Shown in pieces: positions 55,961-64,000 of a stretch of 64,000 nucleotides of DNA. This DNA comes from the human T2T-CHM13v2.0 reference genome, Homo sapiens. A model generated the notes under the pieces. It searched no databases and was not told where the DNA came from. It was given only the letters and a program-made list of their open reading frames with translations. A program made the position numbers and the translations under genes. How positions within the stretch are numbered: the first letter of the stretch is position 1; each line of letters opens with the position of its first letter. The stretch is taken from NCBI RefSeq assembly GCF_009914755.1, contig NC_060940.1; one strand, written 5' to 3'.

Positions 55961-57581
55961 GGGACTCACCCAGGCTGTGTGTGTCCTTCCCCCATGGCCA
56001 AGCAGGGTCCCAGCAGTGCCGTTTGTCCATCCGCCTGCCTGCAGGGGAGCTGGGCGGCTTGTTTTTACGTAACCTTCACGCATGAGCGGTTTGTAAGCCC
56101 GCTCACCCCGTTGGCAGGGTGTTGGGCCAAGCACTGCTCTGGGGCAGGCTGGCAGTGAAACCCAGAGACTAGAATCCGCTTATGAGGGGGGTGCGTCTTT
56201 GCGGAGACCCTTAGAGCCCACAGCATCATTACTCTGGTGCATTTTCTTTTGAGCCACTGTTACGGCAAGAGATCCAGGGCGTGCCACGTGAAACGCGACA
56301 GGGCCTTTCCTCAAGACCTCTCCTCCGTGTGGTGCGTTTCTCACACAGGGTCTAGGACATTTCAATTCTTGTTATCAACAACCAGATTCAAAACTTGCCT
56401 TTTGTTAAAGTTTCGGGGGGCCCCTTCCTCCCCAGGCCTCTGGGGAGTTTGGGGCTCCTGTTCCCTAACCTTTCCTCAGCCAGCCTGCCCATCACCTTTC
56501 CTTCTCCCCAGGAAATGAATTCCCAGATATACGCACAGTCCCAGTGGGCCCTTGCACACGTGTGTCTCTATGTCCCTGCCTCGGGTTAGAGCATTCATGT
56601 TTTGAGAGCAGGGACCCTTTGGCTACTGAGAAGAGTGAACTGAGGCACGGTTAGCAGGCCTCTCGTTCAGTGGAACCAGAGGGAGTCGGAGGTTGGGGCT
56701 GATTAGGAAGTTTCAGAAGCCAATGTAAACTCCTAAGAATGCACCAGAGAATAAAAGTTTACTTGAGAATAATTTTTCCCAGGGAGATGTTTCATAGGAT
56801 GGGACACTTAACTTGAGGTTTTGGTTTTATCTTCATTTTTCTTCCGCTGGTACCAACCATATAAATTTATATATATATTTCCCAATACAAATGTATATGT
56901 ACTAGTAAGACAGATGGGAAATATATATATATCTATTTCCCATCTGTCTTACCCATTCTTGAAATCAGTTCGTATTCAACCAGTTGGGATTTGTTTTACG
57001 TGGACACTGAACCCAGCCATCCCTTTCACAGAACGTGAGGAAGCCTTGCTTTTCAACCTGGTTTTTGGAGTCCCGAGCTAGTGGCCAGCTCTCTCAGCCC
57101 CACACGTAATACCTGAATGGAGAAATGTCCTTCCCTCGACCCGTGTCCCGTCCAGCAGGCTTCAGGGGCAGCTTTGTAACTCCAGAGCCACCCCCTGCAC
57201 GTCCTCTCTCTGCATTTTAGACCTAGGTGGCCAGGCAATTGTGGGAAATGGAAAGAGCTCTGACTGCCCCCTGCCAGCCCAGGGTAACCACAGCCATGCG
57301 AGGTCCCTGCCCGTACCTGGGAACTAGCCATGAAGGGCATCTGCCAGGCACGTGCCCGGCACCTGTCTGCCTGCTTAAGATAAAAGACCAAAAATGAGCG
57401 TTTTTCCTTTGGAAATTCATACTACACCCTCATTCCCAGGGAAGGAAATAAATTGATCGGTATTGCACAAGAACGAGATCTTTGATTCGTGTCAAGATTC
57501 GTTTCTAACCAACCAGCCAGAGCTGAATTGTTTCTCGCTGGTGAGCCTGGCCTAACAAACGTATGAGAGGAGAGGTTTGGA

Positions 57582-63916
<6,335 letters not shown>

Positions 63917-64000
63917 GACAACTTTTTGTTAAAAATTCTTATCAGTCGATTAATAGCATGTGTGTGTTCTTCATATGCTAGTTAGCCACAGTTAATTCAA

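Noticed and set aside
63950-63985. Small hairpin tagcatgtg...catatgcta as a pre-miRNA
   Set aside because: The stem is only ~9-12 bp, too short, and it lies at the window edge

Overview
Mammalian, Alu-rich primate genomic DNA. From the encoded peptides and gene order I recognise it as the human 16p13.3 locus. Three + strand genes lie head-to-tail. (1) The last 11 coding exons and the ~3.8 kb 3'UTR of CRAMP1 (cramped homologue), 1734-~19740. (2) The complete JPT2/HN1L gene: a CpG-island promoter and 5 constitutive exons that splice to 573 nt = 190 aa, plus an 84-nt in-frame cassette exon and a ~3 kb 3'UTR. (3) The CpG-island promoter, exon 1 (106 codons, RH1 domain) and the first ~15.5 kb of intron 1 of MAPK8IP3/JIP3. 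I checked exon boundaries by hand for GT-AG and phase continuity. The rest is Alu, L1M, MIR, MER DNA transposons, a probable solo LTR, a 33-nt U2 snRNA retro-fragment and four minisatellites. Nearly all ORFs in the supplied track are Alu-derived, antisense or GC-rich noise. I did not find a new self-contained biological system. The best leads are RNA-processing features: an Alu-donated poly(A) signal for JPT2 with an inverted Alu just downstream, a possible RH1-only JIP3 isoform, CRAMP1-to-JPT2 read-through, JPT2 intron-1 cassette/poison exons, and a fold-back chimeric Alu. Repeat family names come from visual recognition and their boundaries are approximate.
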